A DNA stretch of 64,000 bases, taken from IMG/VR virus record IMGVR_UViG_3300037467_001416. One strand, given 5' to 3'. Source of the stretch: an uncultured virus (IMG/VR IMGVR_UViG_3300037467_001416). Lineage: Duplodnaviria; Heunggongvirae; Uroviricota; Caudoviricetes. A program made the translations under genes and the position numbers. Positions 36,265-47,206 of the stretch are shown here, in pieces (the stretch's first letter is position 1; every line of letters begins with the position of its first letter). A model generated the notes under the pieces. It was not told where the DNA came from and did not search any database. It saw nothing but the letters and a program-made list of their open reading frames with translations.

Positions 36265-39200
36265 TGAGTACCTATCAGCTAGAAATTGATGGTAGTGGTG
36301 CAGAAGCCGGTGCAGATCGCATCGTCAAGAGCTTCGACGCGATTAAGGCTGCTGCAGATCGTATGGAGGGTGGCGTCAGTGCCGCTGCGAAGAAGGCTTC
36401 GTCTTCCTTCGCCTCTATGCAGCAGAACGCTCGTCCCGTCAGCGAGGCGGCGATTAACTCCATCAAGTCGTTGAGTGACGCGTTTCGTAACTTCCGTGCC
36501 CCGAGTGACGCTGCTGTCCGTAACGCGATCATCTTTCTTCAGGGTCTCAAGTCGGTTGGCTCTCTCAATCTCGGTCGTGTCACCGGCCTCGCCGGATTGC
36601 TCGCCGCTATTTCAGGCTATCGTGGTCCTAGCGCCACGGCTGGAAAGAATACTCTCTCTGTACTTAATGCTCTGAGATTTGCGAGTAGCTATTCCTCACC
36701 TCGAGGTCTGGCGGGAACTCTCGCTGCACTTTCAGCCTTCCGTGGTCCTACCGCTGCGGCTGGCCGCAACGTCATGAGTCTCCTGGCAGCCCTAAACAGC
36801 TTCAAAGCTGGACCTGGAATGGCTGCGACGGTTCGCGCACTTGAGAAGATTACTCTAGCGGCCAACGCTGCGCGGGGCTCTCTCAACTCACTGAAGGGAT
36901 CTGCACCCTCCAGCATCAACATCCGTGCGAATACTAAGCAGGCTGAGCAGGGCTTCATGAGCCTCGCTAAGACGAATGGTCTTTTACAAACGGCTCTCTA
37001 CAGGACACAGACTGCCTGGAACGCTCTCGGCGGTATCCTCGCGGGGCGAGTTGTTGTCAACGCAATCAACGACATCATCCAGATCAAAGCGCAGCTAGAA
37101 GCTGCCACAGGATCTGCTAAGGAGGCAGCATATCAGTTCGACTTTCTAATCGGTTTCGCTAACAAACTAGGACTAGAAATAGTCTCTACGGCTAAGTCAT
37201 ACGGGTTCTTCCTCGGTTCCATCAAGGGAACCAGCATGACGATGGCAGAAGCTAAGGACGTTTTCACCGGTTTCAGCACTGCCGCGCGCGCACTTCAGCT
37301 CAGCACGGCTGACGTAGACGGCGTGTTTCGCGCCCTTGGACAGATGATGTCCAAAGGTAAGATTCAGGCAGAAGAACTTCGCGGTCAGCTAGGTGATCGC
37401 CTTCCCGGTGCGTTTACTCGTTTTGCTGTTGCACTTAAGATGGTCAAGCCGGGTGAGCTTGATCAAGCGCTCAAGAAAGGTGCCGTCAGCGGAGAGAAGA
37501 TGAAGAGAGCGATTATTGATGTCGCTAATTCTCTTCAGGTAGAATTCGCAGGCTCTGCTGAGAAGATGTCTAACACGATTGAAGGTGCCTTCAATCGTCT
37601 GCGTAATTCTTTTACGATGGCTGCTTCCGGTCTCGGATCTAGCGGTCTGAATGATGGCATAATCAAAATCACAGACTCGCTTAGAAAACTCCTAGAGTCG
37701 AAGGCTCTCGGAACAGCGATGTCGGCTCTGGGCTCAGCCTTCAAGTTTCTAGGAGACAACATTAATCTTGTCGGCGCAATAATCCTCGGTTCTGCGATAA
37801 CCTCCACAATCAAATGGCTTTCTACGCTTACTCTCGCTCAGGGAGCTGTCGGCGCTCTGACTGCTGTGATGAAGCCTTCCATGACTACTATGGAAGCGAT
37901 GGCTGCTGGTCTAGGGAGTATCGGTACTCAAGGCACTTCTGTCATAGGAGTCTTTAAATCACTCTGGGCGCTCCTTCTCGCCAATCCATGGATCGCAGTT
38001 GCAGCAGCCATTACGGCAGCGATCGTTATTCTCAGTCAGTTCAATGATAAGATCGAGGAGGCTAATGATCTAGTTCGCCAGTCCGCTAACGCGAGTAACA
38101 TCGCGGCAGACGCAGAGACTGTGATGGAGCAGAAGCTAGCGGCTACTAACGGAACTCTCACCATTCAAGCACAGAAGTTGAGGGAAGTTATTTCTCTCAA
38201 GCTACAAGCTAATATGGCGACACTTTCTTCCGGTGTTGACGTACGACCGAGCGGTTGGACGATGGGAGGCCACACCCTATTTTCTGCTCCCGCTAGTGAT
38301 TACAACAAGATCAACTTTGAGGGTGGTAGAGTCACGGTCGGCGGTACTATCATTAAAGATCCGACTACTGCGAGAGCGCTCCGAAATGTTCTGACTCCTA
38401 CGGGAGAGTTGCAGGCACCCCAAAATTCTAATCAAGCTGCCATTATGTACAAGAACCTCGGTGTTCTTGAGATGATCCAGAAGGCAGAGGGGGATAACTC
38501 TCCTCTCAAAGAAATTACCGGCAAGATGTCGGCTTATCTAGACAATGCCGCTCAGCTAGGTCGCCTAGGAACTAACAGATTTTCTGACTTCGCTAAGAAT
38601 GTAGATCGCAACGCTACTATTCTTCACTCGCAGCGTACTCCCGGAATTATGGGAGGCGCTCCCGCACAAACCGGAAAGAAGAAGAAACACGGCAAAACCG
38701 CAGCCGAAAAAGCTCAGGACGACATCAATGCCGCTATCGATCAGGCGATGAACGGCATCACTGATCTTGAGACTCGCGCTAAGTCAGTCTCAGAGAGTAT
38801 TTCGGCCCTTCTGAGCGGCTCCTTCGATAAGGCGGGCGCAGCGGCGCATAACGCAGCCGTCGACCAGGAGAAGAGCTTCGAGGACGCTATAAAGGGTCCT
38901 GAGAATAAAATTAAGGGCGTGTTGCAGCTTGCCCACCAGCTAGGCCTCGACGTCAGCGGTAAGACGGTCGCAGAACAATATCAGTCGGCCAAGGAAGCTG
39001 TGATTGGCTACATGGAGCAACGACAGAAGGCCTCTGCGGAGGCTAAGGCTGATCAGAAGGTTGCTACCGATATCGTAGGTCTTCGTGCCGACAACGAGGC
39101 CCAGAAAGGCTACATTGACCTTCTCAACGTCAAGGGTACGACGATGGCTGCGGCCAATCGTCAACTCGAGATACAGAACATGCTCGAGGGGACGAGCCTA

Positions 39201-41777
39201 GAAAATCGCCCCAAGCTGAGAGCTGAGCTTGAGAAAGAACTCGCGCTACGTGATCAGTTAAAGCGGTCTCTCGAGGCCACCAACGCACAGCGCGACTTCG
39301 AGAATCAGCAAGCCCTCGACAGAGCACTTTCACCGATGTATAAGTCGGGAATGAAGTCCGAGGATATTGACTACTACAAGGAGATGCTTCAGTACCGTCA
39401 GGAGCTGATTGACAATGACTGGACGGGTGACGAACTTCGCAAGCAGGTCAACTTAAAAGCCGCGACTCTGAACGAGGCTCGCGCAATGAAGCAGCTCACC
39501 GATCAGTACGAGAAAGCCAACCAGACCGCGGCTGATATGGCAGACGCAATCGTGGGTGGTTTCCGGGATGGGATTGACGCTGGGAACAACTTCCTTGACA
39601 TCTTTAAGAATATCTTCAAGCAGCTCAGCAAAATCATCCTGGACTTTGTTCTCTACAATCCGATGAAGCAGTGGCTTCAGCAATCCTTGTCGCAGGTCTT
39701 GGCTCCTCAGGCAACGGCTGGCTTCGGAGGTATCGGTACTCCTGGAACTGGAACTACCAATTCTTACGCCAGTGGTCAGGGTCTAATAGGCTCCGTCGTC
39801 AATAGTGTGATGGGGAACGTCCTCAACGGCGGCGGTCTCTCACCTCCAGGCACCGTAGCAGGAGGTCGCTTACGTTATGATCAAAACGGCGATCTCGTCG
39901 CAAACAGTGCTGGTGCTGGTTCTACTGTTGGTGACGCTATTATCGTCACGGGATCTCGTCTAGGTGGTTCTCGCGTAGATACCAACGCACCTATCCCGGC
40001 AGCGGGCGGCTCTCGCCAACTGAGCATGTTTACGAACATCACCAACACTTTGAGCGCTGCTAAAGACGGTATGAAAGCATTTGGTAATTTCCTGAAGACA
40101 GGAAAGGGTGCTTCGGCCGGCATCAGCGGTGCCATCGGCGCTGCCGGAACCGCTTTCGCAGCCTATCAGATCGGCAGCCAAATCGGTAAGAGTGTCACCA
40201 AGGCTCTAGGTATCAAAGGTCGCGCTGGAAACGTCGTCAGTGGGGCGATGGGCGGTGCGGCGGCGGGTTTCGTCCTCGGAGGCCCGGTAGGTGCCGCCGT
40301 CGGCGCAGTCATCGGCGGCGTAATAGGTCTCTTTAAGAAAGTTCCTAAGCTTCCGAGCTCATTCGGTAATGTCCGGGTGGACAACACCGGAACAGCTCGC
40401 GTGGGAGCTACTGGAACGTATGGTCCCGCAGACGCTGCGATCGGTAAAAGCGCAGCGAGTTCAGGAGCTTCGCTCTTCAATCAGTTCGCCCTTCAGTACG
40501 GGGCTCAGCTAAAGCCCGGCAACTTCGGAACCTTTGGTCAGGCTACCTGGAAGATCCCGGGACCTAACAACAACGATCAGTACTTCTACTCCTTGACCGG
40601 CAACATGAGTAAGGGTAAACCGACCGGGGTCATGGGAAGAGACTGGTTCCGCTCGACTGACCAGTCTGAGGTTCAGGCGTGGGCGCTGATCCACCAAGCT
40701 AATCGCGGGATGATCACAGGTCTGACCGACACCCTGAAGACGATCTTTAAAAATACGAAAGCCTCCAACATGGATCAGCTTCAGTCTGATCTTCAGATTG
40801 GTCAGGCTTACGACGAGTTCGTCAAGGGTTCCTTCGCTCTTCCTGACGTACTTACAAAGATCCGCGATCTTAACGAGGCCTTCTATAAGCTGAAGCAACA
40901 GGCCGCGTCGCTAGGCTTGAGCGAGGACAAACTTTCTAAGGCTCGCGGTCGTCTGATGGATCAGATGAAGTCTGACTTCAACTACCAGATCAATCAGGGC
41001 ATCCTCGGCTACACGAATCCTGCTCAGGCAGCGTACAATGATCTAGTCAAGGAGTACCACGACGCAGTCCAGACGGCTATGGCTGTCGGTGGGGATCTCA
41101 ACGCAGTCGAAGACTATTATGGTCGCAAACGGGCTGATCTCGCTAAGAAGTGGGCTGATACAGCGACTAACGGTCTCGTCAGTGCTGCCAAGGATCTATA
41201 TGATCAGCTGACAGCTTCTTCCAGCTCGCCTCTCAATGCGACAACAATCCTCGGCAACTCGCGAGATCTTTACTCGGGTCTAATTGGTCAATTCAACGTA
41301 GGAGACTTCTCCAACGTTGATAAGCTGTCGACGTATGCCCAGAATTATCTAGACGCCGCGCGCACGATGTACGGCTCTAGTACCGACTATTTCGACATCT
41401 TCAAGCAAGTCACAGATCAACTGGCGCTCTACGAGTCCCCAGGTGGCTCTGGAATTCCGGGCGGTGTCGGTACTGCTCCCGATCTCCCGTCGCTGGACGA
41501 CATGGTTCAAGAGATCAACCAGCAGTCGCTGGAGATGATCGACGCGATGGGTATCGTCGGTCAGGCGGTGGTGGAGGGTAGCGTCAACATCGTAGACGCC
41601 ATCAATAATCTCGCTATTGCCCTAGGTCAGAAGATTCCGGTCACGACACCTACTGGCCCGACGTCTGGTGGCACCGGCGTCGGTAGTACGGGTGGAACTG
41701 GAGGCACTAGTTCTGTCTATGGCTCGAGCGGCCCGAGCACGAGTCTTGTAGATCGCAACAACGTGAAGATGCTGTAG
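36264..41777 (+). CDS. Tape measure protein
   Basis: 1837 aa; ALGQMMSKGKIQAEELRGQLGDRLPGA tape-measure motif; Ala/Gly-rich helical. Confidence 0.92.
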   Translation: MSTYQLEIDGSGAEAGADRIVKSFDAIKAAADRMEGGVSAAAKKASSSFASMQQNARPVSEAAINSIKSLSDAFRNFRAPSDAAVRNAIIFLQGLKSVGSLNLGRVTGLAGLLAAISGYRGPSATAGKNTLSVLNALRFASSYSSPRGLAGTLAALSAFRGPTAAAGRNVMSLLAALNSFKAGPGMAATVRALEKITLAANAARGSLNSLKGSAPSSINIRANTKQAEQGFMSLAKTNGLLQTALYRTQTAWNALGGILAGRVVVNAINDIIQIKAQLEAATGSAKEAAYQFDFLIGFANKLGLEIVSTAKSYGFFLGSIKGTSMTMAEAKDVFTGFSTAARALQLSTADVDGVFRALGQMMSKGKIQAEELRGQLGDRLPGAFTRFAVALKMVKPGELDQALKKGAVSGEKMKRAIIDVANSLQVEFAGSAEKMSNTIEGAFNRLRNSFTMAASGLGSSGLNDGIIKITDSLRKLLESKALGTAMSALGSAFKFLGDNINLVGAIILGSAITSTIKWLSTLTLAQGAVGALTAVMKPSMTTMEAMAAGLGSIGTQGTSVIGVFKSLWALLLANPWIAVAAAITAAIVILSQFNDKIEEANDLVRQSANASNIAADAETVMEQKLAATNGTLTIQAQKLREVISLKLQANMATLSSGVDVRPSGWTMGGHTLFSAPASDYNKINFEGGRVTVGGTIIKDPTTARALRNVLTPTGELQAPQNSNQAAIMYKNLGVLEMIQKAEGDNSPLKEITGKMSAYLDNAAQLGRLGTNRFSDFAKNVDRNATILHSQRTPGIMGGAPAQTGKKKKHGKTAAEKAQDDINAAIDQAMNGITDLETRAKSVSESISALLSGSFDKAGAAAHNAAVDQEKSFEDAIKGPENKIKGVLQLAHQLGLDVSGKTVAEQYQSAKEAVIGYMEQRQKASAEAKADQKVATDIVGLRADNEAQKGYIDLLNVKGTTMAAANRQLEIQNMLEGTSLENRPKLRAELEKELALRDQLKRSLEATNAQRDFENQQALDRALSPMYKSGMKSEDIDYYKEMLQYRQELIDNDWTGDELRKQVNLKAATLNEARAMKQLTDQYEKANQTAADMADAIVGGFRDGIDAGNNFLDIFKNIFKQLSKIILDFVLYNPMKQWLQQSLSQVLAPQATAGFGGIGTPGTGTTNSYASGQGLIGSVVNSVMGNVLNGGGLSPPGTVAGGRLRYDQNGDLVANSAGAGSTVGDAIIVTGSRLGGSRVDTNAPIPAAGGSRQLSMFTNITNTLSAAKDGMKAFGNFLKTGKGASAGISGAIGAAGTAFAAYQIGSQIGKSVTKALGIKGRAGNVVSGAMGGAAAGFVLGGPVGAAVGAVIGGVIGLFKKVPKLPSSFGNVRVDNTGTARVGATGTYGPADAAIGKSAASSGASLFNQFALQYGAQLKPGNFGTFGQATWKIPGPNNNDQYFYSLTGNMSKGKPTGVMGRDWFRSTDQSEVQAWALIHQANRGMITGLTDTLKTIFKNTKASNMDQLQSDLQIGQAYDEFVKGSFALPDVLTKIRDLNEAFYKLKQQAASLGLSEDKLSKARGRLMDQMKSDFNYQINQGILGYTNPAQAAYNDLVKEYHDAVQTAMAVGGDLNAVEDYYGRKRADLAKKWADTATNGLVSAAKDLYDQLTASSSSPLNATTILGNSRDLYSGLIGQFNVGDFSNVDKLSTYAQNYLDAARTMYGSSTDYFDIFKQVTDQLALYESPGGSGIPGGVGTAPDLPSLDDMVQEINQQSLEMIDAMGIVGQAVVEGSVNIVDAINNLAIALGQKIPVTTPTGPTSGGTGVGSTGGTGGTSSVYGSSGPSTSLVDRNNVKML

Positions 41778-41780
41778 AAC

Positions 41781-44700
41781 ATGAGTGGTGAGACTGTATA
41801 TCTTCTCGAGGCTCAACCGCTTAACACGAGCGGCGTAGCTGAGAATGTCTTTTTCTCGGACGGTCTTCTCACTGAGGCCGACTTCCAGAGCACCGGGAAT
41901 AAGTATCCCGTTCGTCTCAGTCAAGCGTTCACACACGAGACCTCTATCTTTGAGGAGAACGTCCCAGGCCAGACCAGTGTTTCTCTGGGTTCCGCCACAA
42001 TCAACAACGTAGATGGTCGTTTCGACTATCTTCTTGATTATGCGTGGGATGCACGGCCTCTTACTATCAAGCGTGGGAAGTTGGGATCCTCCTACACCTC
42101 CTTCGTTACAGAGTTCGTAGGCTCCACGACAGAGATTACCACTGACACAAACAGCCTAACGCTGACCCTGAGAGATAATAGCTACAAGCTGACTAAGCCC
42201 GTCCAGAATAACAAGTACGCTGGGACAGGAGGGGCTGAGGGAGGCATTGACCTTCAGAACAAATTCAAGCCTCTACTCTTCGGCAAGGCACGTAATCTCT
42301 CTCCGGTCTGGGTTGATCAAGCACTTCTCACTGGTCAAATTCACGACGGTGTCTTATCTTCGGTTGATGCTGTCTATGATCGTGCAAACGCGATAAAGTT
42401 CCAGCAGGACTACGCCTCGTATGCTTCTTTGATCGCTGCGACAATTCCTCCCGGCTACTACGGAACGTGCAAGGCTAGTGGATTCATTCGGCTCGGAGCT
42501 CCACCGGCTGGTACGATCACAGTAGATGCCGTGGGAGCTTTCGGAACAGTCACGAACATTCCCGAGTTAGCGAAGCAACTCCTCACTAGTCGGCTTGGTC
42601 TCAGCAGCGGAGAGCTAGACGTCTCTGCCTTTACTCAGGCTTCTACGGATGCTCCGTGGGCCTTTGAGGGCCTGTATTTTCCAGAACCCGAGCTTCAGTA
42701 CGACGAACTGATGGAGACCCTCGCCAGCGCTGTCTTCGGCTTCTGGTACGTCACAAGATCTGGTCTCATCAGCTTCAAAATCTTTAAGTTCAGCACTCCT
42801 GTCGCGACCATCCGACAGGAAGATCTCATGAGTCTTGGTAAGGCTCCATCTCCGGTGCCTTTGTTTCGCGTCAAGGTCGACTATGCCCAGAATCCTACCG
42901 TCCAGCCGCCTTCTGACTTCACGATTCCGAAGCAGTTGCTTAACGCCTATCTCGACAAGATGTATCTCTATGTGGATACGTCTGTCGCAACTCCCGATTA
43001 TTCGGGTGCTGGTAAATATCATGTCTTCCTGAACAACACCGAGGTCAACGATCTTGGCATCGCGACCTTCCGGGTGCCGAATGGTGAGTCCTGGATTGCA
43101 ATAGATCAGAGTGGTAACATCACGGTTACGGCTCCGCCGAGCTCACCCGCCTCCGCCGTGCTTAGGGTGAATATCGGAGAGTTTGCTTGGGACGAGGTCT
43201 TCACGGTAGTAAAGGATGCAGTCTCCCCTCTTAACAAGATTGATCTGAGTCTCAGCGCTGATCGTTTCTACTTTGACGACAACGGTCAACCTTCTCCAGC
43301 GGGTCAGTCTGTTGTGGCGACTGCTACAGGCACGAACACCACGGCACCCATCACCATAACTGCTGTAGACAATCTCGGTAACAACGTCACAATCACTGGC
43401 GGGAATACGATACCGATCGCTAACGTATCCTCTTCCGTGTTAGTTCAGTGGATCGAGGTCAAAGCTACAGACGCGAACGGAATTCAGCAGCGCAAGCGTC
43501 TAGTAGTTCAGCACGGAAACGATGCTTACGCGCAGGGGATTCTAGGATCGTATAGTTCCAGCGGGGCAACCTTCTTCTTTCAGACCGCCGCTCCAACTTC
43601 CGGGATGCAGACCAACGACGTCTGGGTCGACACTGACGATGCGAATAAGACGTATCGCTGGACTGGATCGACGTGGGCGGCGTTCTCGGACACTCGTATC
43701 GTAGACGCCTTGACTGCTGCGGCTGGAGCTCAGGCAACGGCGGACGGGAAGATTAAAACCTACGTCAGCACTACTACTCCTTCCGGAACCTTCGCCGTAG
43801 GTGATCTTTGGTATAACCCGACTACACAGGCACTTCTTCGCTGGAACGGATCTTCCTGGGGTGATACGGTCTCCACAGTCGGTGCTCAGGTTGGTGTCAA
43901 TCTCACTAACGGCGGCTCAGTGGTGGTCTCCTCCACCATCGTCAATAGCGCGATTACGATTAATCCTGACGGCTCCCTCTCGGGTGCTGGCGGAGGCTCG
44001 GCTACTCTCGGAGGCATGGGATATACCGGTCTCTGGTCTGGTATCGGTACGACTTTCTCACTGAGCGGCAATACTCTCAGCAAGCCAGCCGGATCTGGTG
44101 ATGCCTATGCAGGTGGTGTCGTAGGCCGAGTTATCACTGGACCGCAGACCGTCTCGTGTACTCCGTACAACGTGAATGGTAAAAGCACAATCCTCGCTCT
44201 GGACGACGACGCTACGAACTTCACTCTAGCCACGATGCTGTACGCAGTCGTCTACACCTACAGCTCGACCTTGAATCAGCAGGTCCAGATCTACAAGAAT
44301 GGAGTTAGTGTCGCCGGACCAGTCGGCTTCGGTATTGGTACCACTCCCCAGAATTTGAGTCTGGTGTACGATGAGATTGGCATCCGGGTCTACACTGACG
44401 GTGTCTTCAGAACTCAGTACATCTCCGGAGTACTCCCGGCGCAGAGCTTCTACCCGAAAGCTCTCCTACTTAATGCCGGAGCTTCGTACACGAACTTGAC
44501 GTATTCGCAGTCTACTACTCAGCCGACTCTCGGTTCCACCGTTCAGAACAGCTCCGGCTCTGTCGTCACAGACACTCAGGTTCTAAACTCGGCTGTGTCG
44601 ATCTCTTCCGCAGGCGTTCTCTCTGGTGCTGGAGGCGGTACCGTCACCTATTCTGGTCTCGGCGGCGGTGCTGTCGGCACTCAGAGTACTCTGCTTCTCG

Positions 44701-46544
44701 GAGGGACCTATCTTCGTGACAGCGGCAACACTGTTCTCAGTGACTCCACTGTTAAGAACTCGGCCATCAGCATTTCCTCGGCAGGTGTTCTCTCAGGTGC
44801 CGGTGGTGGCTCAGTCACTATCGGCGGCCTAGGGTTCCAGGGAGATCTCTTCGCCACTCGTAACCGCACTCTATATAGTCCGACAGATCCTGGTGCAGTA
44901 GAAGACGGCTACATCTGGGGAGACACTTCGAGCGCACTTCTGGCACATAAAGTTCGCATCGGCGGAGTATGGAGGACTCTCTCTTCGTATGGTGCTCGTG
45001 CCGGAACTAATCTCTACGACAGCTTCCTGTCTGCGTTGTCCGACGCAAACGTCAAGAACTCTGCAGTCAGCATCTCCGCAGGGGGCGTTCTCTCTGGTGC
45101 TGGCGGCGGCACTGTCACAATCGGAGGTCTCGGTGGAGGACCGTTTGCAACGGATCCTCGCACACCAGAGAACGTGTTCACAGGTTCTGCTAACCTTCTA
45201 TTCAACGGAAGTCTTAAACTCCGTGATGCGTCCAACAAGGCTCTAGGATTCTCCTGGCCTGTGGGATTCGCGTTCTCCGGAATCGGCTCCATTGCGCCTT
45301 ATGTCTACATCTCTGGTCCGCAGACAGGTTTGACCGCAGCAGCTCTCTCAGACGTCATCCCTGTCTTGCCCTCTTCTAGCTATCAGCTTCAAGGAGAGGT
45401 TCATGCCGCGGGTGCTACTTCCGGCATGGTCGGCTTTGACGTTATTTGGTACTCGGATGCCGCTGGTACTGTTTTCCTCTCCAACGACGCTAACATGTCA
45501 GCTACGATCGGGGCTAGCTGGACAAGGTACACTCAGGCGTACACTTCACCCTCTGGTGCCCTGAGCGCGAGAATTCGTCCAAAGGTCGGTAGCGTCAACA
45601 TTACTTCTGGTCAAGTCATAGGATGGCGGAGAATTAAGTTCGCGTCCAACGCTGTGATCTCTGGTGACACTCCGTTCACGGACGAGGCTACGCTGTCCTC
45701 GCTTCTTCTCAGCACTCCCGGAACGGGTGTTCGTGTCGGCGATCAGAGGCAGCTTCCTCAAATCGCTTCTCAAAATCTTCGGTACAAGAACACAGGTGCT
45801 GTTTCGTACACGGCGGCGGCTGGATCTCCTGCTACTGCCACTATCACTATCGGAGCCAGCACGAGCTACATCGGCTCCATCAGTATCGCCTACAACTCAA
45901 TGAGCGTGGGGGTGACAGGTACCGGCAATACGACCATCAACTACTATCTCTATGTCGACGATCCTAACTACGCTGGAGGAACTCCCTCGGGTGGTCTCAA
46001 GGCCACGACTGATACGAGCCTAATATATCAGAGCGACGCTCGCGTCTATCTTGGTAACTGTTCTGTCTTCTTCCCATCTTCGGGGACAGGAGGCGGCGGC
46101 GGCATAGGCGGAGGAGGCGGTTGCGTACACGAGGACTCGTGGGTCGAGACTCAGGAGGGTCTGAAGAGAGCGAAAGACGTCGTCGCTGGAGATTATGTCC
46201 TGTCACTAGGCGAAGATCGCAACAGCGCTAAGAGTTGGACAGAGGTTCTCGGGAACTCTACTCAGATAGAGTATGGTTACGAGATCATCACAGCAAACGG
46301 TTGCGTCTTGCTACTATCCCAGTCTACACCACTCACACTGAGAAACGGTGACACTATCTACCCGGCAGATCTGAAAGATCACGAGCTTCCCACTCTAGTC
46401 GAAGGCGACTTCGAGTGGTCAGTCGCTCGCGCTTCTGAGGCCGGTAACATCCCTGTCTGCTACATTCGTGCCGGTGGAGCTACCTTCGCGGCCGGAAGAA
46501 AAGCTGGCAAGCTGATTCTCACTCATAACGTGGACAAACCGTAA
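41781..46544 (+). CDS. Tail hub/central fibre protein with C-terminal Hint domain
   Basis: YAGTGGAEGG.DL..KFKPLLFG hub N-terminus; four NSA.SIS..GVLSGAGGG-type repeats; C-terminal CVHEDSWV...ILTHN. Confidence 0.8.
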   Translation: MSGETVYLLEAQPLNTSGVAENVFFSDGLLTEADFQSTGNKYPVRLSQAFTHETSIFEENVPGQTSVSLGSATINNVDGRFDYLLDYAWDARPLTIKRGKLGSSYTSFVTEFVGSTTEITTDTNSLTLTLRDNSYKLTKPVQNNKYAGTGGAEGGIDLQNKFKPLLFGKARNLSPVWVDQALLTGQIHDGVLSSVDAVYDRANAIKFQQDYASYASLIAATIPPGYYGTCKASGFIRLGAPPAGTITVDAVGAFGTVTNIPELAKQLLTSRLGLSSGELDVSAFTQASTDAPWAFEGLYFPEPELQYDELMETLASAVFGFWYVTRSGLISFKIFKFSTPVATIRQEDLMSLGKAPSPVPLFRVKVDYAQNPTVQPPSDFTIPKQLLNAYLDKMYLYVDTSVATPDYSGAGKYHVFLNNTEVNDLGIATFRVPNGESWIAIDQSGNITVTAPPSSPASAVLRVNIGEFAWDEVFTVVKDAVSPLNKIDLSLSADRFYFDDNGQPSPAGQSVVATATGTNTTAPITITAVDNLGNNVTITGGNTIPIANVSSSVLVQWIEVKATDANGIQQRKRLVVQHGNDAYAQGILGSYSSSGATFFFQTAAPTSGMQTNDVWVDTDDANKTYRWTGSTWAAFSDTRIVDALTAAAGAQATADGKIKTYVSTTTPSGTFAVGDLWYNPTTQALLRWNGSSWGDTVSTVGAQVGVNLTNGGSVVVSSTIVNSAITINPDGSLSGAGGGSATLGGMGYTGLWSGIGTTFSLSGNTLSKPAGSGDAYAGGVVGRVITGPQTVSCTPYNVNGKSTILALDDDATNFTLATMLYAVVYTYSSTLNQQVQIYKNGVSVAGPVGFGIGTTPQNLSLVYDEIGIRVYTDGVFRTQYISGVLPAQSFYPKALLLNAGASYTNLTYSQSTTQPTLGSTVQNSSGSVVTDTQVLNSAVSISSAGVLSGAGGGTVTYSGLGGGAVGTQSTLLLGGTYLRDSGNTVLSDSTVKNSAISISSAGVLSGAGGGSVTIGGLGFQGDLFATRNRTLYSPTDPGAVEDGYIWGDTSSALLAHKVRIGGVWRTLSSYGARAGTNLYDSFLSALSDANVKNSAVSISAGGVLSGAGGGTVTIGGLGGGPFATDPRTPENVFTGSANLLFNGSLKLRDASNKALGFSWPVGFAFSGIGSIAPYVYISGPQTGLTAAALSDVIPVLPSSSYQLQGEVHAAGATSGMVGFDVIWYSDAAGTVFLSNDANMSATIGASWTRYTQAYTSPSGALSARIRPKVGSVNITSGQVIGWRRIKFASNAVISGDTPFTDEATLSSLLLSTPGTGVRVGDQRQLPQIASQNLRYKNTGAVSYTAAAGSPATATITIGASTSYIGSISIAYNSMSVGVTGTGNTTINYYLYVDDPNYAGGTPSGGLKATTDTSLIYQSDARVYLGNCSVFFPSSGTGGGGGIGGGGGCVHEDSWVETQEGLKRAKDVVAGDYVLSLGEDRNSAKSWTEVLGNSTQIEYGYEIITANGCVLLLSQSTPLTLRNGDTIYPADLKDHELPTLVEGDFEWSVARASEAGNIPVCYIRAGGATFAAGRKAGKLILTHNVDKP

Positions 46545-46554
46545 GGACTGTACG

Positions 46555-47121
46555 ATGAGCTTCGTGAAAGCAACTTCTCAACCTCCGCTCAGGGATCCAG
46601 AGTGGAGCATCCCCGGAACTCCTCAGTACGAGGAGCTGGCTCCAGGTCTGTACCCTGATGAAGTGGCCGTGAAGCTAGACGACGGAACTCTCGTGGCTAT
46701 CTCGGTTGCCGAAGAGTGGATGGAGAATAACTCTGGGGTCCATCTTCAGTCGTGGGCGAGATGGATCAAACCTGACGGTGAGACTCAGACTTCTCCCGAC
46801 GGAAAGCAGATTGAGTCTCGCTGCTCGGCTAGCATAGGTCCTGCCCAACTTCAGATCAACAGCATCGACGAGTTTCGAAAAGAGATGCTTCTGGCCGTGC
46901 TAGGTGAACCACCGACTTTGAGGGATGTTCCGGTGGATCCTAATGCGATCGCTGTCTCTAAGCCCGAGGATCCTACCTTTCAGCATCTCCCGCAGAATGA
47001 CAAAATTCCTATTCTTCCAATCTCCGAGGAGGGTAGACTCAACTCGAGTATCAGACACGTCGTAGAGACTATCAAGCAGATTCGGGAAGTACCTGACCCG
47101 GCTCAACTACTTGGTCTCTAG
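46555..47121 (+). CDS. Hypothetical protein (possible fibre chaperone)
   Basis: 188-aa ORF directly after the fibre gene; AAGGA RBS. Confidence 0.55.
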   Translation: MSFVKATSQPPLRDPEWSIPGTPQYEELAPGLYPDEVAVKLDDGTLVAISVAEEWMENNSGVHLQSWARWIKPDGETQTSPDGKQIESRCSASIGPAQLQINSIDEFRKEMLLAVLGEPPTLRDVPVDPNAIAVSKPEDPTFQHLPQNDKIPILPISEEGRLNSSIRHVVETIKQIREVPDPAQLLGL

Positions 47122-47206
47122 TAAGGCACTGGTATCTCATGCAAAATCGCTTGTCCAACGAATAATATCCCCGTAAGCTGCGATAGCTCTAGACCTGGAG
47201 ACAAGA

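Noticed and set aside
43940..45140. Diversity-generating retroelement TR/VR pair in the fibre repeats
   Set aside because: Repeats are in-frame protein repeats; I saw no adenine-specific mismatch pattern and no reverse transcriptase in the window
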